From the IMG/VR virus record IMGVR_UViG_3300044463_000016: a stretch of DNA of 49,704 nt; one strand, written 5' to 3'. The position numbers and the translations under genes were made by a program. This document shows positions 42,426 through 49,704 of this stretch, in pieces. Position 1 is the first letter of the stretch, and the number at the start of each line of letters is the position of its first letter. This stretch comes from a virus. Below the pieces are notes generated by a model. That model made no database searches. It had not been told where the DNA came from and was given only the letters and a program-made list of their open reading frames with translations.

Positions 42426-44854
42426 CTGCCTCCTCCGGCCGGAGCCGGTTGCTTCCCTGATACAGCAGGAGCCATCATCATCGCTTTGAGCTGCTGCACT
42501 TCGACTTGCTGCTCGTGAGCTTCCAGGTGGGCGCGGACGTTCATGTAGCCCATCGGGTTTTCGTACTTCACAAGCTGCCCCTCGTCGGAGTTCAGCCAGG
42601 TACGGCAGACTTCAGCTTCCGTCTCGTGATCATCGACCAGTGGATCAATCGGAACTGAAGCAACAAACTTGGGCGGCCCGGCTTGTGGCAGACCGTCCGC
42701 AGCGACCTGCGGCTCGCCTGTCATTTCATCGCTGATCGGTTCGCCTGGCGCGATCGTGGGCTGCGATTGCAACATCATCTCGATCTCGCGATACTGCTTT
42801 GTCTCGCTGTCCTCGTCGGGAACCACATATTGATCCAGCCCCAAAAGCCGCTTGGTCATCTTGACGTTGGCAGAGTTGCCCATGATCTCTTGGACATAGG
42901 GATCTTGGGACTCCATCAACTGCATCACGGTCGCGCGAAGCTGCGAATACATTTGCGGGAACGTCTCATCGAGCTCAGCCGTCGCGAACAGGTTGCCTTT
43001 GAGATCGGCCTCCTTGATGTACTTCGAGTTCCACTTTCCGCCTTTCCCTTCGAGGGGAATTTCGAGATCCCCTGAGCGATTTTTCCGGAAGCACTCAATC
43101 CCGAGCATCATCAGGTCAGACCAGAATTCCTTGATCGCCTCCCAGACCAAACCGAGGCGCCCCATAGCTTGGTCGCGAGCCATTGCGTAGCCGCTGGCCG
43201 TGTCATTCGACTCCATCTCGCCACCGAACAGCGCCGGGAACGCCCCAGTCAGGAACTGAGCAATTGGGCCCATGAGATCGGCCATGCTCTGCATCATGTC
43301 CGGGGCCACCTGGCTTGGCGCGGGCGTGTAGATGCCATCCCTGACGGCCATCCCGGGCCGTCCCCTGACGAAATAGAACGATCCAGGGAGACATTTCTGC
43401 GTTCCCACGGCCTGGCGGTCGAGCAGTTGGTTGTCCATGTAAGTCGGCGGAATGCCGAACTCGTAGGTTTCCTGCTGGATGTTCGAGAGGTCGTTGAACC
43501 GCTTGTTGACGGGGATGATCGAGTCGCCCATCGCTGGACGGCTCTGCCCGTCTCCAGGATAGGCGTGCAGAACGCGCCAATGGTCATTCATGCTCTCGCT
43601 GCGCGCCTCGCAATAGGTATCTGAGGCAAAGGCAACGTAACAGCCTTTCGGGAAGAGCTGGAGGAGCGCGTCGCGCGTGGCTTCGTCGTCAAGCAGATAG
43701 AACGCCCAAGGGCGGATCCACGTCCGCGTGAAGGTGATGAGGTTAGATGAAGGATCACCTTGCACCGCGGAAAGGGTCCCGGATTTCAAGCTCAGCCGGG
43801 TCTCTCGCTCGTGGGTCTCACTGCCAAGGCTCGCGCCTGCGCCCGTGTTGACCTTGATTTGCTTGGAGGCGTGCGGGTACATGGCTCGCAGCTTCGACGT
43901 GTGGATTTCGGTCTGCCATTGCAGGTACGGGAAGTCGTTGAACCGCGTCGCCCAGCTCGGAATTTTCAGTTCCAGCTTTCCGATGACGGTGATTTCCTCC
44001 TGACCGTTCGGCATGTCCATTTGGCCAGTGACAACGGGGACGGGTACTTTGACGCCAGGGACGAGATCGTCGTCGCCCATGTACTCACCGCAGTTGGCGC
44101 AGAGGTTGATCATCCGCGGTGTCCCCGTGACTGGGTTTTCGGCGCCACACTCGGGACAGACAAACTTGTCAGGCTCGATGGGGACTTGCTGCTCGACGAT
44201 CTGGTCCTCCTTGTGGTAGCCGAAGCGGTCGCCATCGACGACGTAGCGGATATAACCTCCAACCGTCCCATCAACGTACAGGTACCAAGCCAGCTCGGTG
44301 AACAGACCCGCCACGCGATTGTTCTTCTTGATCACATCGACAATGTCGGAACCTGTCTTTGCCGTGGCCACGTCTTCAGGCTGTTTTGCAGATTGTGGCC
44401 AGAGTTTCACGTTGGGAGGCTTCTTCGAGAAAACCGCGATGATGCTGAGCCCGAATGCCTGATAGAAGTTCGTAACGTAGGAGTAGCGCGGGAGCTCCTC
44501 GCTGTCCCGTGGCTTCTGGCCGGCCACCTGGAAGGGAAGCTCCCAGTTCTGCGTTTCCTCGTCCCAGTACAGGTAATGCAGCCCCTTCCAGAATTCGCGC
44601 GCCTCCCGTATCCGCTTGACCTCGTCGCGTCGCGCGTGCAGATCCTCTTGGTTGAACGTGTACACCAGATCATGCAGGGCCGCCGCGATCTCGGGAGACA
44701 GCTCGGCGAGCTGCTCGAAGTTCGGCCCGTATTGCATCGCCGAATTGTGAGGAAAGGCGTCGCCCTCTTTCTCGACCATCGTGCCAGGCCGGCCACCAAT
44801 CGGGGCAGTCGATTCCTCGCCGAGAGCGGTGCCTGACTGGATTTCCTCGTTCAT
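42422..44854 (-). CDS. Portal protein (with inserted zinc ribbon)
   Basis: 810 aa, upstream of the scaffold and capsid genes and four to five small genes downstream of terL. Contains a CPECGAENPV...CANCG insertion (nt 44090-44158). Confidence 0.7.
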   Translation of the reverse strand: MNEEIQSGTALGEESTAPIGGRPGTMVEKEGDAFPHNSAMQYGPNFEQLAELSPEIAAALHDLVYTFNQEDLHARRDEVKRIREAREFWKGLHYLYWDEETQNWELPFQVAGQKPRDSEELPRYSYVTNFYQAFGLSIIAVFSKKPPNVKLWPQSAKQPEDVATAKTGSDIVDVIKKNNRVAGLFTELAWYLYVDGTVGGYIRYVVDGDRFGYHKEDQIVEQQVPIEPDKFVCPECGAENPVTGTPRMINLCANCGEYMGDDDLVPGVKVPVPVVTGQMDMPNGQEEITVIGKLELKIPSWATRFNDFPYLQWQTEIHTSKLRAMYPHASKQIKVNTGAGASLGSETHERETRLSLKSGTLSAVQGDPSSNLITFTRTWIRPWAFYLLDDEATRDALLQLFPKGCYVAFASDTYCEARSESMNDHWRVLHAYPGDGQSRPAMGDSIIPVNKRFNDLSNIQQETYEFGIPPTYMDNQLLDRQAVGTQKCLPGSFYFVRGRPGMAVRDGIYTPAPSQVAPDMMQSMADLMGPIAQFLTGAFPALFGGEMESNDTASGYAMARDQAMGRLGLVWEAIKEFWSDLMMLGIECFRKNRSGDLEIPLEGKGGKWNSKYIKEADLKGNLFATAELDETFPQMYSQLRATVMQLMESQDPYVQEIMGNSANVKMTKRLLGLDQYVVPDEDSETKQYREIEMMLQSQPTIAPGEPISDEMTGEPQVAADGLPQAGPPKFVASVPIDPLVDDHETEAEVCRTWLNSDEGQLVKYENPMGYMNVRAHLEAHEQQVEVQQLKAMMMAPAVSGKQPAPAGGGR

Positions 44855-44869
44855 GGGATCGACTCCTCG

Positions 44870-45211
44870 TTACTTGACTCCATAGTCCAGCTTGTTGTTG
44901 TGAGTGCCGGCCGGTGCCGCGTCGAGATCCCTGAGCAGCTCTGCTTTGTCCAGCTTGGAAAAGTCCTCTTCCTCTGGTTCCTCCCATGAGGGGCTGAGTT
45001 GAACCATCAGCCGACACCTGGAGCCAGTCAGTTGCTCAAAAAAGATCTGATGAACTCCATGAGTGAACGACTCCATTCGGCCCCTGAACTCCTCGGCCGT
45101 TTCGTTGTCCTTGGGACCGAGCAGTAGTTCAAGGATTGCCCCACCTGGTTCTTTTGGGTTTTCGTGCTCTACGGCTTGGTTGATCACTTGGCGCGCCTCC
45201 GATGTTGTCAA
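44870..45211 (-). CDS. Hypothetical protein (113 aa), TTG start
   Basis: TTG 45211 overlaps the stop of the long upstream frame (TTGA). Confidence 0.55.
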   Translation of the reverse strand: MTTSEARQVINQAVEHENPKEPGGAILELLLGPKDNETAEEFRGRMESFTHGVHQIFFEQLTGSRCRLMVQLSPSWEEPEEEDFSKLDKAELLRDLDAAPAGTHNNKLDYGVK

Positions 45212-45894
45212 TAGACCGGCAACTCCAGCGGCTCTACTTCCGCTGCGACGACTACGGCATCGTCCGGCGTTTCTTCAGCCCGAAGCCCTTGCGCTTCTTC
45301 TTGCCGACCGTTTTCTCCTTCGTCATCGCGTGCGCCTGCGCGCTCTTCATCCCCGCTGGGTAGGAATACTCCCCGCTTTTGTGCATCGCTCGTCACCCCC
45401 TCCGCTTCTTCAGTCCGAACCCCTTCCGCTTCGGGAGCCCCTTCTCCGGAGTGCTCGCGAAGTCGTGTAGTTGGCTCTTCGACATCGACAGCAGTCCCCG
45501 ATTGCGCTTGTAGAGCTTCTCCGGATGATGATCCGCAATCGCCATTGCCTGACGCTGATCCTTGCTCACTGACGGCATTGTCGCCCTCCCTGACATAGCC
45601 CCTACTCTGGGCCAACTGGTCGAACGCCTCGTCGCTGAGTTTCTCTACGGCGTCGCCTGGCTTCATCAGAAAGGCGTTGATGTCCGACAAACCGCGCTGC
45701 GCGGCCACATCGAGGAAAACGCGAATCATCTCGTTGGTCATACGAGAGTGATCTCCGAGCTTGAACAAAATCGTGTCGCCATTGCATGGATGCAACAGAT
45801 CGAGAGTCGCCTGCAGAGTTGACAGCTCGTGAAGAGCCTCCCGGTATGGGCTCTGCGTCTGCAGCTTGCGTTTGATCGTCTTAGTTGACGACAT
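45208..45894 (-). CDS. Hypothetical protein; the C-terminal acidic half may be a frame shadow
   Basis: ORF trimmed to ATG 45894. The first ~105 aa look globular. The remainder (E/G/A-rich) overlaps both small basic ORFs in another frame. Confidence 0.45.
   Translation of the reverse strand: MSSTKTIKRKLQTQSPYREALHELSTLQATLDLLHPCNGDTILFKLGDHSRMTNEMIRVFLDVAAQRGLSDINAFLMKPGDAVEKLSDEAFDQLAQSRGYVREGDNAVSEQGSASGNGDCGSSSGEALQAQSGTAVDVEEPTTRLREHSGEGAPEAEGVRTEEAEGVTSDAQKRGVFLPSGDEERAGARDDEGENGRQEEAQGLRAEETPDDAVVVAAEVEPLELPVY
45252..45386 (-). CDS. Small basic ORF (44 aa), paralogous tail to the DUF3008-like gene
   Basis: Not in the ORF track. Hand translation gives MHKSGEYSYPAGMKSAQAHAMTKEKTVGKKKRKGFGLKKRRTMP. 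It is in the same frame as 45393-45578, separated from it only by TGA plus two codons. Confidence 0.45.
   Translation of the reverse strand: MHKSGEYSYPAGMKSAQAHAMTKEKTVGKKKRKGFGLKKRRTMP
45393..45578 (-). CDS. DUF3008-like small basic protein
   Basis: ATG 45578 lies 5-6 nt after gggaggg. MPSVSKDQRQAMAIADHHPEKLYKRNRGLLSMSKSQLHDFASTPEKGLPKRKGFGLKKRRG matches the remembered DUF3008 pattern MP.KSK.Q..A...A....L..MS...L.DFAST..KGLP. Confidence 0.6.
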   Translation of the reverse strand: MPSVSKDQRQAMAIADHHPEKLYKRNRGLLSMSKSQLHDFASTPEKGLPKRKGFGLKKRRG

Positions 45895-45896
45895 AA

Positions 45897-46259
45897 TCAA
45901 GGCACCCCTCTGGTTTTGCGTTTCGTTAGCTCCTCTTGCTGGCGCCGTGATTCGTCGGCCCGTCTCCGCGATTCCAGTTCCCGGCCCGCGATGATTGCGG
46001 TCCACGTACGCCGCTGCACCGAAGGAACGGTTTGCACCTCGACCGCGTTGCCGTGCTCATCGTGCTCCATGATCGGGATTCCCTTCAGCAGGCAGATCGT
46101 GTGAATCAGGTCTTGCTCGGTTGCGAAGAATTTCTCTTCCCTCTCCTGGTTTCGCGCCCGCTCCTGCTCCCGGGCGGTCTCAGAGGCCTGTAGCCTCGCT
46201 TGCAGATCCGCGACCTGCTCGGAGAGTACCTTTTCGACTTTGTCGAAGAGTCCCATCAA
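45897..46259 (-). CDS. Hypothetical coiled-coil protein (120 aa)
   Basis: Contiguous with the packaging-module small genes. Confidence 0.6.
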   Translation of the reverse strand: MMGLFDKVEKVLSEQVADLQARLQASETAREQERARNQEREEKFFATEQDLIHTICLLKGIPIMEHDEHGNAVEVQTVPSVQRRTWTAIIAGRELESRRRADESRRQQEELTKRKTRGVP

Positions 46260-46507
46260 AAGATCTCCTCGGGTGTCATCACCCGCTGGAATTCTCGGCG
46301 CTTTCTTGCACGGCGTTTTCTCGTGGCCACGCCATCGATCTCGACAATACCTGTTAAGTTCACCGCGTTACACGGGAGAAGGATTCCTCCCAGCTTAGGA
46401 TCACAACAGCGTGTCTTAGACTGTCGGTTACTCCGAATATATTCGGCCTGCCGTTGGTGGGAATTGCACCACCATAGTTCGTCGGTGTCGTTGCGGGAGT
46501 ATCTCAC
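46256..46507 (-). CDS. Hypothetical Cys-containing protein (83 aa)
   Basis: Overlaps its neighbours by 4 nt on both sides. Confidence 0.55.
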   Translation of the reverse strand: MRYSRNDTDELWWCNSHQRQAEYIRSNRQSKTRCCDPKLGGILLPCNAVNLTGIVEIDGVATRKRRARKRREFQRVMTPEEIF

Positions 46508-46812
46508 TTGAACGCATCCTCCCCGTATCTGAAAACGGCGCTGTCATAGTCGAGCATCTCAAACGCACCCTGGCTCTGCTCGACAAACGGAGCGTGGGCA
46601 ATCTCCCCGTCCGGGTACTGGATCCGGAAGCAGGGAACGAAGACTCGTCCGCTGTACGCCTTGAAGCAGCCGACGATCCGACCGGCTTTGTGGAGAGCGA
46701 ACTTCTCGACGGTCTCCCCGAAATAGAACAGCTCGTTTTCGACTGGTGGGAACATGACCCCTCCTGATTCCGCACGCGGCGGCATAGCCGCGACTTTTCC
46801 GAACTCCTTCAC
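46504..46812 (-). CDS. Hypothetical protein (102 aa), GTG start
   Basis: GTG 46812 lies 10 nt after ggagg. Alternative ATG starts are at codons 10 and 20. Confidence 0.55.
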   Translation of the reverse strand: MKEFGKVAAMPPRAESGGVMFPPVENELFYFGETVEKFALHKAGRIVGCFKAYSGRVFVPCFRIQYPDGEIAHAPFVEQSQGAFEMLDYDSAVFRYGEDAFK

Positions 46813-46816
46813 ACCT

Positions 46817-48436
46817 TCAGTGCCTCCGGTTGTAGGCCACCCCTTGCAGCTTGCCGGCCTTCGCCATTTGCCGTTGCGCCAATAGTGCTTGAATGTGCCG
46901 GACGGTGGGATCCTCCGAGTTGATCTTGGCCGCTAGTTGATCGGCCAGCGGCTTGTGTCTCGGTCCCAGCTTCCCGTACACCGCTATCTTACAGCCGTCG
47001 AAAGGATCGTCACCATCCATCTTGAGCGTTTGCTCCTGCTTGTCTGGGTCGTGAATGATGGCCGGCAGAACGCTGATAAGTTCCGGGCAGCCGTCAGAGA
47101 TGAGTAGCTGCGGGTCAGAAGCACCCTCGGGTGTCCGGTGCTTGAACAGCTTGTACATAAGTTGCGCGCTGCCGATCTTGTCGTTCGATCCACGGGCCGG
47201 GTAGGGCAGCCCGTAGGGCGTCAGTGCATTGCCGAGCTGGTCGCCGACTGTCTCCGCATCCGTCCGCTGCGCGAAAGCGTCCGGCGAGAACCAAAAGTCG
47301 TCGATCTTCATTCCCTGTGACTGGCCGGCAATCATTTCAGCCAACTCCTCGGCAGACTTACCCGATGTGACCATCTCGTTAGTGACGATTGTTCGCCCGC
47401 GGTCATCGGTCGTGCACCAGTAAACGGCGGTCGAGTGCTTAAATCCCCAATCCCCGCCCATCCACCGAGGCCACCAATGCTCAGTCCGGATCTCGCTTGC
47501 CGGAAGGATGCAATGAGGCCCAAAGCAGTCGAAATAAGCCCCAGCGATGACATCCCAATCCCCTTCAAGCCAGGCTTGTACGAGAGCCTCCGACACACCC
47601 GCCAGAGCACGCAGGCGAGCCACATAGCCAGGATCATTACGAGCCAAGTGGAGATTGTCTTTGACCTTTGACGGGATGAAGAGTCGCCAGAGCTGGCTGT
47701 CGTCGTCGTAGCGCGGGTTCCAGGCGTGGGCGTTGTGAATGCCGACGAAGCGGACCTTACACCAGACGTGTCCCACTCCGCCAGGGTTTCCGGTGCTGCG
47801 TATGCGCTTGACTGGCACATCAGCAGCAGAGCGCAGACAAGCAAACAGCTTGAGGTAAGGAGTCGCTGTGGCCCAAGTTGGCAACTCATCCCAGCCGATC
47901 CAAGAATACTGGTGGCCGATGTAATTGTCTGCCTGCGCATCACGCTCCAGAGAGCGCATCCGAAGCCAAGCCCCACTTGGGAACTCCCAGGTTTTAGATT
48001 GCTCCTTGAACACACAACCCGGATAAGCCTGCGGGTAAATTTCTTTACTACGGACAATGAGATCTTCGAGCTGGGGAAAGGTTTTACGGAACAGGATCCC
48101 GCGCCACGCCGCGCCGTACTGGTAAGCATCCTGCAAATAGTCGCCCAAAAGAAAATCACTTTTGCCGCCTCCGCGCGCCCCTCCGAAAAAGAGCTCACTT
48201 GCCCACTTCGCCAGGATCGCTTCCGTTTGCGGTCCCGGATCCGGTCTCCAACGATTGTCGAAGATCTCGGCTCCCGTTGGTTCCGATGGCTTCGACTGTG
48301 ACGCTGACCCGGCCTTTGTTGCGCTCGAGCCACGCTTCCTGGGTCGAGACTTCGGAAGAAATCGCGACTCCGACTTTGATTTCGCCGAAGACTGGGCGCG
48401 GCTCTTCGGGCTCGATGATCGCTTTGAGCCGGTCAT
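46817..48436 (-). CDS. terL: Terminase large subunit
   Basis: Walker A FGGARGGGKS, Walker B YSWIGWDELP, and nuclease-domain GGDWGFKHSTAVYW. The only start in frame is ATG 48436 (gggagg upstream), giving a 242-nt overlap with terS. Confidence 0.9.
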   Translation of the reverse strand: MTGSKRSSSPKSRAQSSAKSKSESRFLPKSRPRKRGSSATKAGSASQSKPSEPTGAEIFDNRWRPDPGPQTEAILAKWASELFFGGARGGGKSDFLLGDYLQDAYQYGAAWRGILFRKTFPQLEDLIVRSKEIYPQAYPGCVFKEQSKTWEFPSGAWLRMRSLERDAQADNYIGHQYSWIGWDELPTWATATPYLKLFACLRSAADVPVKRIRSTGNPGGVGHVWCKVRFVGIHNAHAWNPRYDDDSQLWRLFIPSKVKDNLHLARNDPGYVARLRALAGVSEALVQAWLEGDWDVIAGAYFDCFGPHCILPASEIRTEHWWPRWMGGDWGFKHSTAVYWCTTDDRGRTIVTNEMVTSGKSAEELAEMIAGQSQGMKIDDFWFSPDAFAQRTDAETVGDQLGNALTPYGLPYPARGSNDKIGSAQLMYKLFKHRTPEGASDPQLLISDGCPELISVLPAIIHDPDKQEQTLKMDGDDPFDGCKIAVYGKLGPRHKPLADQLAAKINSEDPTVRHIQALLAQRQMAKAGKLQGVAYNRRH

Positions 48437-48758
48437 ACGCCTCCCGCTGCGTTAGGGTGTCGTCGAACAGATCCCACCGCTCGAGTTTAGCGTTCCACTT
48501 TGGGATTTTGGCCTTCAGGTGTTTTGAGAGGGTTTGGACCAGAAGCAGCTTTGTAAGGCCGAGAAAGTCGCACTGATCGCGGAGGGTCTCTTCCGCAGCG
48601 GCCGCCATCCGATGGCATTGGGTGTTCGCCGTGCTGTCAGCATAGCCCGCAGCATGGGCAGACTGGAGAGCATTTCCGGTCTGTAGGTAGTACTGGCGGA
48701 AGCGCCTGCGCCTCTGAACATCCCGCCAGTCTAGCTTTCTAGCCTTAGAAATCGACAT
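48195..48758 (-). CDS. terS: Terminase small subunit
   Basis: RRRFRQYYLQTGNALQSAHAAGYADSTAN resembles the Terminase_2 HTH signature. Lies immediately upstream of terL. Confidence 0.75.
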   Translation of the reverse strand: MSISKARKLDWRDVQRRRRFRQYYLQTGNALQSAHAAGYADSTANTQCHRMAAAAEETLRDQCDFLGLTKLLLVQTLSKHLKAKIPKWNAKLERWDLFDDTLTQREAYDRLKAIIEPEEPRPVFGEIKVGVAISSEVSTQEAWLERNKGRVSVTVEAIGTNGSRDLRQSLETGSGTANGSDPGEVGK

Positions 48759-48769
48759 ACTTTCGACCC

Positions 48770-49117
48770 CTAGCCAGCTATCGCATAGATGTCTATTCCC
48801 GTGGCAGTTCCGAGCGTGAAGGTGGTTGACTCGACCCGAAGCAGAGCCCCTGCTCCCAAGCCGCCAACATCCACCTGCTTAGGCCCGGTCTGGAGATCGA
48901 TCGCTGTCGCGAAATCGCCGTAAGTCACTCCAGCATCGAGACTGAGCTCGACCTTGACCACAATGGCCGTGATTGTTCCCGAAGGAGTCGGAACTGCCTG
49001 CAAGACCAGCTTACCGTTGTACCTTCCGGACTCAGCCGGGAGGACAAAGACATCACCTTCCCCGGTTGTGGCCCGGCTGAAGACTCTGGTTGCTACTCCA
49101 CCGTAATCGAGCTGCAT
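48770..49117 (-). CDS. Hypothetical beta-rich protein (115 aa)
   Basis: ORF trimmed to ATG 49117, after taggagggg. Confidence 0.6.
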   Translation of the reverse strand: MQLDYGGVATRVFSRATTGEGDVFVLPAESGRYNGKLVLQAVPTPSGTITAIVVKVELSLDAGVTYGDFATAIDLQTGPKQVDVGGLGAGALLRVESTTFTLGTATGIDIYAIAG

Positions 49118-49127
49118 CACGCCCCTC

Positions 49128-49415
49128 CTAGAGCCTATCCGACACTTGCCCGACAGGCATGTAGCGATCACGCCGCTCAGTCAAATGTCGAGGACAGAGC
49201 GAGGACTTATTTTTAAGTTCAACGACAAAGGTCTTACCCTGGGCCGAGAACTCCTCTGCCACAGCGATAAGGTCATCACACCGAACACACTTACCCTCGG
49301 CTCTCCGTAGCTGATAACGTCTTACACACTTCCCCTGGGCTGCCCTACGTAGCTGATAACGCTTTTGACGGGAGATTTTGAGATCTGAAAACTGATCATG
49401 CACGCGCTTCGCCAT
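49128..49415 (-). CDS. First late-arm gene: small basic Cys protein with internal duplication
   Basis: Start at ATG 49415, or GTG 49424. Contains RYQLRRAAQGKCVR / RYQLRRAEGKCVRC tandem copies. I see no clear SD. Confidence 0.5.
   Translation of the reverse strand: MAKRVHDQFSDLKISRQKRYQLRRAAQGKCVRRYQLRRAEGKCVRCDDLIAVAEEFSAQGKTFVVELKNKSSLCPRHLTERRDRYMPVGQVSDRL
49285..49364. repeat. Tandem ~39-42-bp duplication inside the first late gene
   Basis: acacacttaccctcggctctccgtagctgataacgtctt is followed by acacacttcccctgggctgccctacgtagctgataacgctt. Confidence 0.8.
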
Positions 49416-49464
49416 AACAGCCACAGAAGAGACACCAAATAAATCAACAAGTCAAGAATATTTG

Positions 49465-49494
49465 TTGACAACGGCTCAGGTTTCTGAGTATCGT
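49465..49494 (+). promoter_or_regulatory. Sigma-70-like promoter candidate for the early arm
   Basis: TTGACA (49465-49470), an 18-nt spacer, then TATCGT (49489-49494), in the ~480-bp divergent intergenic region. It is flanked by the inverted repeat caacaa/ttgttg (49445-49467) and the direct repeat tgcgcgaa x2 (49494-49513). Confidence 0.3.
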
Positions 49495-49577
49495 GCGCGA
49501 AGTTGCGCGAAAGAATAGTTTTGGTAGGATTACGAGGAGTGTGGCGTCGTGGCGCTCTCCAATCAACGAGTTAAAAG

Positions 49578-49704
49578 CAGAAACGGCTCCATGTACCAAG
49601 ATCTCCAGGTCTCGGGATGCGTGCCACGACACGCACACATGGAGCCGTTTGTGTTTTTAACCGGGGAGAGGATTTCGTCTGATAATATTGGCCGATGTTT
49701 TATA
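49578..49704. repeat. Terminal overlap, copy 2 (identical to 1-127)
   Basis: Exact 127-nt match to the window start, giving a unique genome length of 49,577 bp. Confidence 0.95.

Noticed and set aside
45895-46005. N-terminal 37 codons of ORF 45208-46005
   Set aside because: This stretch overlaps the upstream gene's 3' end. ATG 45894 lies directly after that gene's stop.
49541-49660. 39-codon GTG ORF running through the leader hairpin (possible leader peptide)
   Set aside because: The GTG is only 1 nt from the SD-like gaggag, and the peptide has no features. The structure-based interpretation is kept instead.

Overview
The window is a complete dsDNA tailed-phage genome that closes into a circle. 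Bases 1-127 are identical to 49578-49704, so the unique length is 49,577 bp. It has two arms. The + strand early arm (326-12057) carries a DUF1376-type replication module, a compact C5 DNA methyltransferase, an N4/N6 methyltransferase interrupted by a LAGLIDADG intein, a putative annealing protein coupled to a Cas4-like Fe-S nuclease, a RuvC-like resolvase and a nucleoside-2-deoxyribosyltransferase-fold protein. The - strand late arm is read from about 49424 down to 12035. In order it encodes terS, terL, portal, scaffold, major capsid, adaptor/tail/fibre genes, ejection-type proteins including a 2220-aa giant, and a six-gene lysis cassette with an M15 endolysin. I saw no tape measure, sheath, integrase, repressor, tRNA, rRNA or CRISPR array. 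This suggests a virulent, podovirus-like phage of a diderm host. GGAGG-type Shine-Dalgarno sites and ATGA/TGATG coupling are used throughout. The late arm is interrupted by insertions that look AT-richer by eye. These are a + strand two-gene moron (24039-24796), a + strand HNH endonuclease (32761-33294), a GNAT-like gene and an AP2-like DNA-binding gene. The best candidates for new biology are listed here. (1) The 2220-aa polyvalent virion protein, which has an HExxH zincin motif and a degenerate GGDEF/palm-like segment. (2) The opposite-strand membrane plus secreted protein moron. (3) The NDT-fold gene plus a small ORF at the end of the early operon. (4) A 73-aa Acb2/Tad1-hairpin-like protein between portal and scaffold. 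(5) A fibre built from about a dozen WPxP(R/K)G repeats. (6) Twin in-frame basic ORFs overprinted on a longer ORF. All family assignments come from motif recognition by eye and memory. No searches were run.
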